DNA from: Azolla caroliniana
Lineage: Eukaryota > Plantae > Polypodiophyta
DNA length: 23,129 bases
Direction: 5' to 3'
NCBI GenBank assembly: GCA_043228905.1
Contig: JBHGNT010000488.1
Location: 1 to 23,129 of the forward strand
Part shown: in pieces, positions 10,426 through 22,127 of the stretch
How the letters are laid out: each line of letters begins with the position of its first letter
Position numbering within the stretch: the first letter of the stretch is position 1
The notes under the pieces: model-generated
Told to the model about the DNA's origin: nothing
Databases searched by the model: none
What the model saw: the letters and a program-made list of their open reading frames with translations, nothing else
Position numbers and translations under genes: made by a program

Positions 10426-10468
<43 letters not shown>
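10426..10468. repeat. (GA)n microsatellite
   Basis: Read directly. Confidence 0.95.
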
Positions 10469-10469
<1 letters not shown>

Positions 10470-10814
10470 AAGGATGTGCAAGACGAGCTACAAGAAGGTG
10501 CGAGAGATTTTTGTTTTTTACATTGATTTCTCCATTGTTCTCTATATAATCCTTAAATGCTTAGGATTGCTAATTTTGTAAACAAAACATTGATTTTAAG
10601 AATTATTTGGTTTCCTTTTCTTCATATATAATTTCTGAATTAATTTTTACAATCTTGCATCTTGAAATTGTACTATAATAGCTTTTGCTTTTGCTGAAAT
10701 TTTATTGTTCTTTTATTGTTTCTTTTTTATTTAACTTTGATTTCTGTATAGCCCTGAATATATTATCATGTTAATTATGTATTAAAAACTTTTTTCTATG
10801 AATTTACTTTGCAA

Positions 10815-12290
10815 GGATATCCAAAAAAGCAAATCATTTGGAGGGTCTTATGGAAATATTGTCACTTGATCTATGATAAATCAAGTGTTTGTGGTGAAGA
10901 GGGGAGGAGGAGGATGTAGGAAATAATGATGCCGAAAACATGAGGGAAGGTGACATTGCAAACATGAAGGTTCTTAGTTTAGTACCATATCAATTTAAAA
11001 CTACGTTTGTATGACTACGTGTATGCATGTGTGCATGTGTGCATGCGTATTTGCATATGCATGTGCATGGTTGTGTTTGTATGCATGTATGAATGCATGC
11101 ACACATGCGTTTACAACATTCTCTTGCATACTTTTTTTGCCATGTTACTTTGTGTATTTGCTATTGTCATTTCACATGAAAGATGATCTCTTTCGGTCTT
11201 GAGAAACCTCATGTAGCTTCAAGAAGCGATTGACAATAGAGGCGAGAGATTCTAGTGACAATCGAACAAGAGTTTGTTGTGATTTGTGCAAGCTTTTGTG
11301 CGAATGCAAGCTCTAAAAAAGAAAGAAGGTGGACCAATACAACTTCTAAAGAGCTTATGCCATACCATTTGAATCTCGACTGACCAACACTGAGGTACAC
11401 ATAAAAAACACTTAATTTATTTTATGATATCTTTGTTGGAAATGTTGTAGATCTTGTTGATATGTGTTATATTAATGATACGCTTAATCTTCTAACCCAA
11501 CCATGAAGTTCCATTATCTTGTTTCATTTCCAAATTTCTTTGTTATTCAAGGTGGCACAATAGCATAGGAACAATGGAAGAGATTGAAGCATGTGTATAT
11601 TTGGGCAAGAAATGACATATATGACTGTCCTGACCTTGAATAGCTCTTGCAATGTTGGAGTTTCCTATGAAACTATATGGAAGTAGGCTTTGTTAATTCA
11701 AGCTTCCCCCAGAATTGATGGCTTGGAGAAAAGGGAGGTCATCGAGGCAAATATAGTAACACGAAAACCACGAGGCATGCATCCATACACGATTATAAAT
11801 ATATATATATACATAGTTATGGGTTGCATATTATATTATGGACCACATAAGTTGATGTTATTGTGCACGGGATCACTTAGGAGGTGAAGGTATAATGATT
11901 GATGCTTCTTGATTATTACGCTACATCTTTTGTTTGTTGGAGATTATATTATGGACTAAAAAAGTTGAACTTATTGTGCATGGGATCAAGATTGTAGCAT
12001 TACTTAAGAGGAGAAGGTATAATGATTCATGTTTCTTGATTATTACTCTACATCTTTTGTTTGCAACTATCATTTTGATCGTGTTATTTCATTCGCACAA
12101 AATATTAACCTTTGGTTTCTTATTGTTACTCTATAGGTTTTCAACTTATCAAATGATGGTGCTCGACAAAGAAGTAAAATAACATGTTTTTTGTGTGTAG
12201 GTTTGCAAATGTCAAATTTGATAAGGACTATGATAAAGGGCATGTACATGAAGCTTGTTCATATAAATTCCAAATTAAATGTTCTTGATA
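10815..12290 (+). pseudogene. Possible degraded multi-exon gene remnants inside the TIR element (identity unknown)
   Basis: Purine-rich blocks follow T-rich/AG acceptor-like sites (~10815, ~11551, ~12200) and precede GT. They contain stops, and no motif was recognised. Confidence 0.2.
11830..12063. repeat. Imperfect tandem duplication of ~110-125 bp
   Basis: ttattgtgcaYgggatca...gaaggtataatgatt...ctacatcttttgtttg occurs twice. Confidence 0.75.
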
Positions 12291-12939
12291 TAAAGCTCTA
12301 TGGGTTCCAGAGTGTAATTACTTTGTTTTTGTTGTAGAGAGATTAATGGCTATGGCTATGAAAGAGAATATGTTTTATAGATTAAAAGTGTTGTGTGTGA
12401 GTGATTGCATTGTAACAAGTTAGGGACTCAAATGCTCAATTTTTCTTAGCAATAAACTCAGTGTGTGTTTGTTCTAGCATTGCAACATTTTTATCCAATG
12501 AAGTTCCTGCTCAAGTTGAATGTTGTGAATGATTATTGAACATCTCATAGCATAGTATTTTTGTTATATATATGCTCTTTTAGATATATTGTTTTTCACT
12601 TCCATGAAGCCACAATATATGCATTGTTACATAGGCATGTCAGAGAAGATGGCATGGAATGAAGACAACCTTTCATGCTTAGTGATTAGATGGCGATCCT
12701 TCTTCGAAGATGGTTTGACGACACATATGATCCACATCAACATACATGCAAACAAACAAACATAAATCGATACATACAAACACATTTTTTTAAAAAGAAA
12801 TAAAGAGAAGAAAAAGAATTATTAAAAAAAGTAAAAACAAAATTTACTCTTTTCAAAAGGTGTTGCACAATCATGGTATATGTGCAATGCTAATAGCAAT
12901 GTGTTTTGGCATCACTACTAGCTTATTTTGTTGTAGTGA

Positions 12940-13280
12940 CATGTATAATACACATTCACGCATGCACATATATAGAACACATGCACACAATACACAAACT
13001 ACATACATATACACACACACATATATCATTACACTTACATGCACACACATGCACATATAACACATAGATACATACACACATGCCATATACATAAAATATA
13101 TACAACACATGCAATACAATACAATACATGCATATATAAACATGGAATACAATACACTACATATGTACATTCACATGCAATACAATACATGTCAACATAC
13201 ATACACATAACCCATATATAAAATATATACAACACATGCAATACAATATAGTATATACATACACACTTATATTGAACATA
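12940..13280. repeat. TACA/CATA low-complexity tract
   Basis: Same composition as 7090-9690, with shared words such as acacatgccatata and atgcaatacaatac. Confidence 0.85.
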
Positions 13281-13481
13281 CATGTGTTTTCTATGTAAGG
13301 CCATTTAAAATGAGTTGTTGTCAAAATATATATTTGCACTAAGCGGTATTTTTATTAACTAATTTTTTACAAAAGCGTCTCTAAAATAATAAAAAACATA
13401 CATATAAGGGGTTTATAAAAGATGCCGTGAACGCACGTGATACAACCTCTTTATATGTAGTGGAGCCCCCAGGGTCCATAC

Positions 13482-13715
13482 TTACTGACAGAAGTACTGA
13501 CACATACTTCAATGCTCATAAATGAGCTCTACACTAACTCCCAAAATATATTCCTACGCGGAATATCTTTCCAAAGGCCTCACGGTTTACGCACCGCTAT
13601 GGCTTCTCGTTGCGCACCTGTTTACGCACCGGTCTGGCCTAACCGATTGATCCCAACCGATCCGGTTCTCGGCTTGCATAGCCGATCCAGCCAATGTTGA
13701 GGTTGTATATCAACA
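13482..13715 (-). mobile_element. Proximal (U3-side) part of the 3' LTR of the minus-strand copia
   Basis: Minus strand begins TGTTG at 13715, immediately after the polypurine tract CTTGAGGGGGAG (13716-13727). Confidence 0.75.
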
Positions 13716-16145
13716 CTCCCCCTCAAGCTCAACTTGAGGTTCCATCCGCTCTTCTGGATCTACGCTCCGGTTCCTTCTAGCTTCATGCCTTGCTCGCGCT
13801 CCTCGACCTGTTCGATTCTGCGCGCCTCGACCCTTCCGGTTGGCTTGCATGCTAGTGCGGCCCTTCTCAATTCCGTTCTTGTCGCGGTGTTGGCCCTTCT
13901 TCTACTGCCTTCTTTTCCGCTTGGCCCTCAGTTGATTCGGCGTATCCGAATCAAGCATCTGAACCGACTCGGCTTCCTCAGATTGGTTTTCGCTTTCGTC
14001 CGAGTTGGCTATCTCCAACTCGTCTTCAGTCTTCCCGCCCTTGATGGCTTCGTCTTCCCCACGCTTGGTTGGCTTCGGCTCTTTCTTTCGACTGCTCCCC
14101 TTATATCCACTTTCAGAATCTTTCGGGGATCCACCCTCGGCTTCTTCAGCCGATCCGGAATCGAATTCGTCATCCAACTCGGCGTTGCGGTCTTCTAGAA
14201 CTTTTCTCCCTCTTCCGTGGTCATTTGGGACATCTCTCCCCCACAAGTTCGGCATGTCGAGGTGGCACAACCCAAGCACACCCGAGAATTGCTGCAACTT
14301 GTCCAGACCAAGACGCTTGGTGAAGATGTCGGCGGTCTGCCGATTCGTTGGAACATACTGAAATTCGACTTCACCGGAGAGGACACGCTCACGGACGAAA
14401 TGGTAGTGCACCTCAATGTGCTTAGTTCGGGCATGGAAGACGGGGTTCTTTGCTAGCTGGATGCTGTTGAGGTTGTCGTAGTAGTTTGTCATTGGATCAG
14501 ATACCTTCACCTGCAAATCCTTAAGTAGTTGCTTCAACCATATGGCTTCGCATGTTGTGACAACCACTCCTCTATACTCAACTTCGGTGCTCGACAACGC
14601 AACTGTCAGCTGCTTCTTGCTACTCGAAAGGATCCCGACACTCCCAAGAGAGAACGCAAAACCGGACGTGGATCAGTGATCGACGACGTTGTCGGCCCAG
14701 TCGGCATTGGTGTAGTCGACCAATTGCGGGGTTGTACCGGTCCGATATAGATGCCCCTGGTCCTTAGTGCCACTTATGTACCGTAGTACGCGTTGCGCAC
14801 ACTAAAGGTGCTCCTTGGTAGGTCACCCCATGAACTGACTAATCACCCCGACCGGGTAGCTGAGATCTGGTCGGGTGATGGTCAAGTATATAAGGCTTCC
14901 AACTATCTGTCGGAACCTCGTCGGGTCGCATACCTTTCTAGAATCGGGGCGAAGCTTGACGGTTCTATCCAAAGGAGTCGAGATAGACTTATAGTCGGCC
15001 ATCCAGAATTTGAAGAGCATACTTAGCACATAATGCGGTTGGCTAATCAGTATGCCTTCGGGGGTGAGGATCACTTCGATCCCAAGGAAGTAATGAAGGT
15101 CCCCTAGATCCTTCATGTCGAATGATGCCGCAAGCTAGAGCTTCATGCGGTCAATCGCACCTAGGTCGGCGCCGGTGATGACCAAGTCATCAATATAAAG
15201 TAAAATGCTAACCGACCCGAGTCGACCTTTCCGGATGAATAGTGAGGAGTCCGATTTTGATGTTGCAAAGCCCATCCGACGCAATCGTTGCCTGATCTTC
15301 ACGTTCCAGGCACACGAGGCTTGCTTTAGTCCGTAAAGGGACTTCTTTGACCGGCACACTGCTGAGGTTTTCGTTCCGGAGTGAAATCCGTGGGGCTATA
15401 CCATGTACACCTGTTCCTCAAGCTCACCTTGCAGGAATGCATTCTTTACATCCATCTGATGTAAGTGCCACCCCTTCGCCGCAACTACTGCAAGCAAAAC
15501 GCGGACGGTTGTCATCTTCACGACCGGTGCAAACGTCTCATCGTAGTCGATGTCGTGTTGCTGTGCGTAGCGTTTTGCTACTAACTGGGCTTTGTATCGG
15601 TTGACCGAGTTGTCAGTGTTGTACTTGACCTTGTACACCCACCTACATCCGATCGGCTTCACACCTTTCAGTGCGTCAACCAGGTCGCAGGTTTCATTTT
15701 CTGCCAATGCACGCATCTCTTCCTCCATTGCGGCACGCCAATTCATGTCCTTCGCCGCTTCTGCGTAGCTCTCTAGCTCACCCACTTTCGTTACACGGGT
15801 CATGTACGCATAGTGATGCACCATGTACTCATTGTATCTGAACCGCACAACAGGGTTCTTCTGGCGGGTAGATCGGTGTAATTGCTCATTAGCCGATGTT
15901 GAGGCTTTCTTGGCCGACGTGGACTTCGCTCTCGAAGACCCGTCATCACTTCCCTCGGAGTCGGACTTGCGTCGATCCGACTTGTTCCTATCTATCCTGT
16001 AATCCGACACCTTCTTCTCGTTCCTATCAGGGAATGCACAATCGAGTCTCCACTACTTGCCGGCTCTTCTTCGGACTGGTCAATCCGACTCAGTCATCCA
16101 TTCGGTCCACTTAACCGAAACGAGAGTGGACTCTCTTCGAGGGTC
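13716..16145 (-). mobile_element. Ty1/copia LTR retrotransposon, internal region, 5'-truncated (no gag or integrase in view)
   Basis: RT and RNase H remnants plus PPT. The GC-rich sequence ends abruptly at ~16145. Confidence 0.92.
13902..16010 (-). pseudogene. Copia pol remnant (RT + RNase H), broken by stops and frameshifts
   Basis: Motifs [77 protein letters not shown] and ADIFTK are spread over four ORFs. Confidence 0.92.
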
Positions 16146-16149
16146 TCGA

Positions 16150-16493
16150 TTTAAAGATTTATAGGTTTTTAGTTAACTTTTCTTTTAGCTTAATAGTATA
16201 TTAATTTAATGGCTTAATTAATGGTTTTTTATTGATTTTATAAATTTAACTTAAATGTTAATTTAATTTAATGTATTTTACTTTATTTAGATGTTTAAAT
16301 AGTTTGATTTAGATGGTTCGGTTCGGTTTCAACTTTTCCCTAAACGGTTTGGTTTTAAATGGTTTTGTTAAAAAAATTTATTAAATGGTTCAGTTTGGTT
16401 TCAACTTCGTTAAACGGTTTGGTTTGGTTTTTGTTTTATATAAACGGTTCGATTTCTTTGCCTTGAAACTGAACCGAACCATGCCAATTGCTA
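16150..16493. mobile_element. AT-rich DNA-transposon/MITE end fragment with AAACGGTT/GGTTC subterminal repeats
   Basis: Repeated aaacggtttggtt/ggttcggtt motifs, ending ...aaccgaaccatgccaattgcta (TAG on the minus strand), which resembles plant hAT ends. No partner end or TSD found. Confidence 0.5.
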
Positions 16494-16801
16494 CACACTA
16501 GAGATACAGTATGGGTAGAGTGGAACTTTTAGCCCAACTAGAGGTCTATGGTAGCGCTTCAACTTACTTTTGTTGATAAACCCCACACGTTAATGTCATT
16601 GAGTCTATGGTGATGATGGTATTAATGTATCATCCTCTCGTCATAGTTAGAGTTTCTTTTTTATGTCTTTGCTCGAAAACTTTTAGGACAATGCTTCCCT
16701 CCTCTAGATCTTTGTCTTTAACCTTATTGTCATGCCATATACATTTCGATTCATTTTTTTCTATAAATGTTAGGGTAGGTTATAGGTGATCATCGTCCCA
16801 T

Positions 16802-17577
16802 TTGTTAATAAGTATGAATATGAATGAAAATGATGATGTTGATACATTTGTTAAAAACTGGAGACTTCGACTTGATGATGTGATCCTTTCAGGACTTAGT
16901 TTGCCAAGTTCTGTTCAATCCGCCCTCTTGTTAGCCACCCTACCCCCATCATGGCCACCATTTATAAGTACAAAATCTACATCAGCCAACATTAGTGTCC
17001 CAACATTAGTGGCATCAATCTCACAAGAAAACATACTTCGTAGGGCAATAAATCAACCCTCCTCATCTCACACTGCACTTTATATCAAACATCCAAATTA
17101 CAATAAAAAACCTTACAATAAACCTAGATCAACATACCAACCTAATAACTCCAAATTTTATTCACAGACTTCTAAATTTAATGATTCAAGGAATCATAAC
17201 AAATCTAGGTTCCTTAGATCCTTTTGTACAAATTGTCAAAGGAGTGGACATGAAACAAAAGATTGTTATAGGAATCCTAACAATGGGAAAAGAACATATA
17301 AAGAAGACCAATCTTACAATGCATCACGTGATGACTACGATCAAAATAATGACATATGTCATGGTGACCAAAATTCCGATGAGGATAATGAAGACTCTTT
17401 CATTGCCTTCATGGCCCTCACTTCATTTAACAACTCTCCCACTTCAACGTGGATTCTTGATAAAGGTGCCACATGTCACCTCACCTCAAGAGTTGAATGG
17501 CTCAAAGACTATAAGGTCTTAGAGCATCCTTTCCCGGTTAGATTTGGGAACAATGGGGTTGAATATGCCCTTGGACA
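16802..17577 (+). pseudogene. Copia gag (C-terminal half, CCHC knuckle) and start of aspartic protease
   Basis: LLLATLPPSW, zinc knuckle CTNCQRSGHETKDC and protease motif WILDKGATCH. Confidence 0.9.
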
Positions 17578-18382
17578 TGTTGGGAGATAGTTCCCTCCGG
17601 ATGGGAAGGGAGAAGAACAATGCTGATAAGCAAACTCGGCCGAGGCCGAAACCGGATGAGGAGTACCCGGCTACGGAGAGCCGAATGGTGCAAACCCGGT
17701 GAGAACCGGATGAGGATTACGCGGCTACGGAGAGCCGGATGGTGCAGACCCGGTGAGAACCGGAGGAGGAGTACCCGGCTACGGAGAGCCGGATGGTGTA
17801 GACCCGGTGAGAACTGGATGAGGAGTACCTGGCTACGGAGAGCCGGATGGTGCAGACCCGATGAGAACCGGATGAGGATTACCCGGCTACGGAGAGCCGG
17901 ATGGTGCAGACCCGGTTAGAAGCGCTCTTCGGATGAAGAGACATATTTGTAAATATGTTTCTGAGAGTCCATCGTGGCTATATTTGTAAATAGCCGAAAA
18001 GTCATATTAGTATAAATATGACTTAGGGCAAACTTTTGTTGTGGTTGTCATTCTTGTTTTGCATGAGATTAGAGCGCGTAACAGTGTACAGAGAGAGAGA
18101 GAGAGAAAGAGGTCGCTGCCTCTGTTGTAACCGCCGCCTGTGGCGAAGATCGTGAGCGCGAGGTCGTTGCCTCCGTGAGCTCACTGTTGTAATTATCGTG
18201 ACATAGTGATAGTTAGCAGTCAGTGGACTGCCGTGGTTTTTCCCTCTCAAGGTTTTCCACGTTAAACATCCCGTGTACTCTTCTCTCCATTGGGTCGTGC
18301 ATTTCATTTCTCATTTTCTGTGCATAATTCTAAACTCGGTTGTGGCCGAGCGTTGCGTATAGGGGATGCGTAATTCCCGTCA
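17578..18382. mobile_element. Solo LTR (805 bp) nested in the copia protease region
   Basis: TG...CA ends (TGTTGGGA / TCCCGTCA) and 5-bp TSD GGACA at 17573-17577 and 18383-18387. Removing it restores the frame ALGH|GTAHLELSDG...KNLISV. Confidence 0.93.
17650..17919. repeat. Tandem array, 5 x 54 bp, CCGG-rich, inside the solo LTR
   Basis: Unit AACCGGATGAGGAGTACCCGGCTACGGAGAGCCGGATGGTGCAGACCCGGTGAG starts at 17650, 17704, 17758, 17812 and 17866. Confidence 0.95.
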
Positions 18383-21300
18383 GGACATGGGACTGCCCAT
18401 CTTGAACTTTCTGATGGGAACTTCATTGAAATCAATGAAGTTTACTATATACCTAACATAGCAAAAAACTTGATATCTGTCAATAAACTCACAAATGATA
18501 ATACATCCGTCGAGTTTTATCACAAATATTGTATCATTCGTCATAAGACACCCTGTGGACGAGGCTATGTCGTTAACTGTCCAAGACAAGGATGTCTTTA
18601 CCTCTTAGGTCACTCCGTGGTACCTACCGAAGAAGCACACCACATGGATGATTCAAACACATCCAACTATATGACCTTATTATGGCACTATCGATTAGGC
18701 CACTTAAACCATCAAACAATGGTTCACATGGCCCGACAACATATAGCAGTTGGTTTTACTCTTCCTAGTAAATCGAAACTATCCCTTTGCGAAGGGTGTA
18801 TATTTGGAAAACTCTCTAACTCGCCATTTCCATCCCATCCTACAACGACCACTAAACCCCTCCAACTAGTGCACACAGATATATGTGGTCCTTTGTCTAC
18901 CCCATCCCTATCTGGAAATGTATATTTCCTAACATTTATCGATGACTTTACTCGTTTCACGATGGTCACATTTCTCAAGACAAAATGTAGTGATCAAGTC
19001 CTTGAGAAATTCAAAGCCTATCATAAACTTGCAACAAATAAAAAAGAATTACCCCTTAAAGTACTCCAATCATATAATGGTGGAGAATTCAAGTCCCAAC
19101 ACTTCCAAACATATTGCCAAAATCATGGGATTCAACAATGGTTTACCATTCCATATACACCCCAACACAATTCAAGGGTTGAACGACGAAACCGGTTGTA
19201 TATGGATGCCACTCGTTGCATGGTCTCCGTTGCAAACTTTCCCCGAACATATTGGGAAGAGGTTGTTTCGACCGCTTGTTATATATTCAATAGAACATAT
19301 AGTCGATCAATTAGGACAACTCCATTTTCCTTGTGGTTTGGAAAAAATCCATATTATATACATCGAAGAATCTTTGGATGTCCATCATATGCACTCGTAC
19401 CGCTAGAAACTCGATCAAAATTAGATAATCACGCAGTTCGCACAATATTTGTTGGGTATGGCGAACCTCATGGCTACAAGGGTTATCGATTATACGACCC
19501 AAAATACAAAAGATTTATATTTAGCCAACGAGTGATATTTGATGAAGACAAATTGATATCTAATCCTCATTCACATCATGGCTATGAAAAGATACAAGAC
19601 GCGACTACCATGTCTAACACTGAATCCAATAAAGAAGTAATATCATCACCTACTAATTCTTGGCGGGCTCCACAAATGTCCTTGGAAATTCAACAAGTCA
19701 CAATTAACTCTCCTCCATTAATGCCCTCATCTCTAGAGGTCCTCCCACAAGTCTCAGGTTCAACCAATGACTCCAACTTATTGCCTTTAATAACCAAACA
19801 ATCCCAACAAACTGATGTACATACTCCAATTTTAAACAGTAACCCCAACCAAAGTAAAAAGAGCCTTAATAATCACCATAGCACTCATAAGGAAAAACTT
19901 TTAGATGGAACACAACTGACTCATATTGATTATTCATGCTCCCATCCTATCAAAAATCTCCTTATTCCACTACGACGATCCTCACGTCTTAATGGCAAGT
20001 TGAAAACCATTGGTCACAATGATGCATATGTAATTAAAATAGGATGTAGAAATACTTCATATTCCACTAATAATCAACATGTAGAACATACAAATAGTTC
20101 TGACATTGCGAAATCACCTAGTTCACTTAGCTCTACATCCACTCCAAAGAAAGTTCATATTATTCAAGATCTTTATAATCACACAAAAAAAATAGACGCT
20201 CTTGTTGCGGACCATCAATTTGAACTTGAGTTTGCATTTTCGGCTCTTGGTTCCCCCTCAACCACATCAGACATTTCTGATGATCCCTTAACTATCAATG
20301 AGGCATTGCAAAGCCCAGATCATAATGAATGGCAAGCTGCCATGGCAAAAGAACTTGAATCTCTTGAGGCCAACAAAACGTGGACCCTAGTCCCACTCCC
20401 AATGGGACGCTCACCTATTTCATGCAAATGGGTGTTGAAGAAAAAACTAAACCCTGATGGTACTGTTGCACGTTACAAAGCTCAACTTGTCGCTCGTGGT
20501 TTTTCTCAAGTTGAAGGACTTGACTATTCTGAGACATTCTCACCCGTTCTTCGCATGGCATCTTTTCGGCTCCTAATGGCTCTGGCCACCATTCTTGACC
20601 CTGAGGTACATCATTTGGATTTACAAACGGCATTTCTACATGGTGATTTACCCGAAGAAATCTACATGTCACAACCTCCTGGGTTTGAGTCACACTCTCA
20701 ACCAAACTATGTGTGTTGGTTACATCGGTCACTTTATGGACTCAAACAATCTCCTAGGTTATGGTTTCAAAAATTTAACAATTTTATGCTCTCACATGGC
20801 TATTCTAGATTGTTATCAGAACCAAATATATACATTAGACATAATCATACATCTTATCGGTTGTTAGTGGTAGCACTATATGTGGATGACATTCCTATAG
20901 TTGGAACACCATCTGAAATTACTCAAGCAAAGCTAGAACTTTCCAAAGCATTTTCAATAACAGATTTAGGTCCCCTATCTTATTTTCTAGGCATGCAAGT
21001 TACGCGTAATCGTAGTATGGGCACCTTGATCATTCATCAAAATAAATTCATTAATGAAATTTCGAAATCCTTCGGAATGTTAAACATTAAACCTTACCCT
21101 ACTCCCTTATCACTAACATGTAACTTAAGCATATCCGATGGTCCAACCACAAAAAGAGATATTAATTTTATGCAACAATTTCCCTTTAAATAATTAATAG
21201 GAAAACTTCGATATTTAGTCACAGGAACTCCTCCTGACCTTTGTTTTGCAATTAATTATCTATCACGCTTTATGCATAACACCAGCCTTATGCATTGGAA

Positions 21301-21870
21301 ATCAGTTGAATGAATTATGTGATATCTAAAACACACATCTAACTATGGATTAACATATAAACGATCCCAATCCGAAAGACCAATCAAATCACTTGTTGGT
21401 TGGTCTGATTCGGATTGGGGGGGGGGGACGTTGATTCTCGAAGATCTACTGTTGGTTTTTCTTTTATAATGGCAAGAGCAGCAGTGACGTGGCAATCGAA
21501 AAAACAAGAATCTGTGACACTCTCATCTACTGAAGCTTAATTCGTAGGAGTGGCATTGGCTGCTAAAGAAGGATTATGGTTGCAAACAGTGTTAAAAGAA
21601 CTCCAACTATGTGAACCACACCAATTGAAAATCTTCTGCGACAATATATCATGTATCTACTTAACGAAGAATCCAAAGCACTCGGAGAAAACAAAACATG
21701 TGGATTTAAAATATCACTTTATACGAGAGTTGGCCGAAGAAAACAAGCTTACCTTAGAGTTTACATCGACAAATCATATGTGGGCTGATTTTCTAACAAA
21801 GGCTCTACCTCCGGACAAATTTGAAGCTTGTTGTGAAAATTTAGGATTACAACGATTCACAACTAATTAG
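18383..21870 (+). pseudogene. Copia pol (protease end, integrase, RT, RNase H), disabled
   Basis: WHYRLGH..CEGC (HHCC), VHTDICGP, SYNGGEF, YKAQLVARGFSQ, LYGLKQS, LYVDDI, KHVDLKYHFIRE and ADFLTK. There is a stop at 21191-21193, further stops downstream and a poly-G run near 21417-21428. Confidence 0.93.
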
Positions 21871-21882
21871 TTTATGGGGGGC

Positions 21883-22127
21883 TGTTGTAATAAACTAATT
21901 AGTGTAGAATAAATAAATAGGAAACTAAATAATAAAAACGTAACCTTATGATATGAAAAGGTGCACCCCAAAAATAGGGTGCACCTATAACCACCACATT
22001 TGCTCTTTGTGTGGTCGGTTGGTTGTAAGAGAGAGACAGAAACTATCATTCAATTAAGTTTTCTTCTTCTCTTTCTCTCTCTTCCTCTCTCCCTCTCTCT
22101 CCATTCCATATTCCCTTATTTTCCACA
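21883..22127 (+). mobile_element. 3' LTR (~245 bp) of the plus-strand copia
   Basis: Starts TGTTG after the PPT and ends ...CCACA exactly where similarity to the peptide-cassette flank (ctatgaaatgag...) begins. Confidence 0.8.

Larger units (their letters stand above)
6859..13473. mobile_element. Non-autonomous TIR DNA transposon (hAT-like, Pack-type), 6.6 kb
   Basis: 8-bp direct repeat GTCCATAC at 6851-6858 and 13474-13481. TIRs CCCGGGGGCTTCACT and CCTGGGGGCTCCACT match at 13/15. CACGTG lies exactly 34 nt inside each end (6893, 13439). No recognisable transposase ORF. Confidence 0.85.
16802..22127 (+). mobile_element. Ty1/copia LTR retrotransposon, 5'-truncated, with 3' LTR
   Basis: Domain order gag-PR-INT-RT-RH. 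PPT ATGGGGGG at 21874-21881 precedes the LTR. No 5' LTR is visible. Confidence 0.95.

Noticed and set aside
13734-15604. Plus-strand ORFs (e.g. 13734-14198, 14005-14361)
   Set aside because: Antisense shadows of the GC-rich copia pol region.
16470-16501. Possible Helitron 3' end (CTAG at ~16498-16501)
   Set aside because: No GC-rich hairpin just upstream; the subterminal AACCG-type repeats fit a TIR-element end better.
17650-17919. Regular GC-rich repeats resembling a CRISPR array
   Set aside because: Units are head-to-tail with no unique spacers, lie inside an LTR in eukaryotic DNA, and there are no cas genes.
17620-17919. 99-aa Arg-rich repeat ORF
   Set aside because: By-product of a 54-bp stop-free tandem unit inside a solo LTR; no independent coding evidence.
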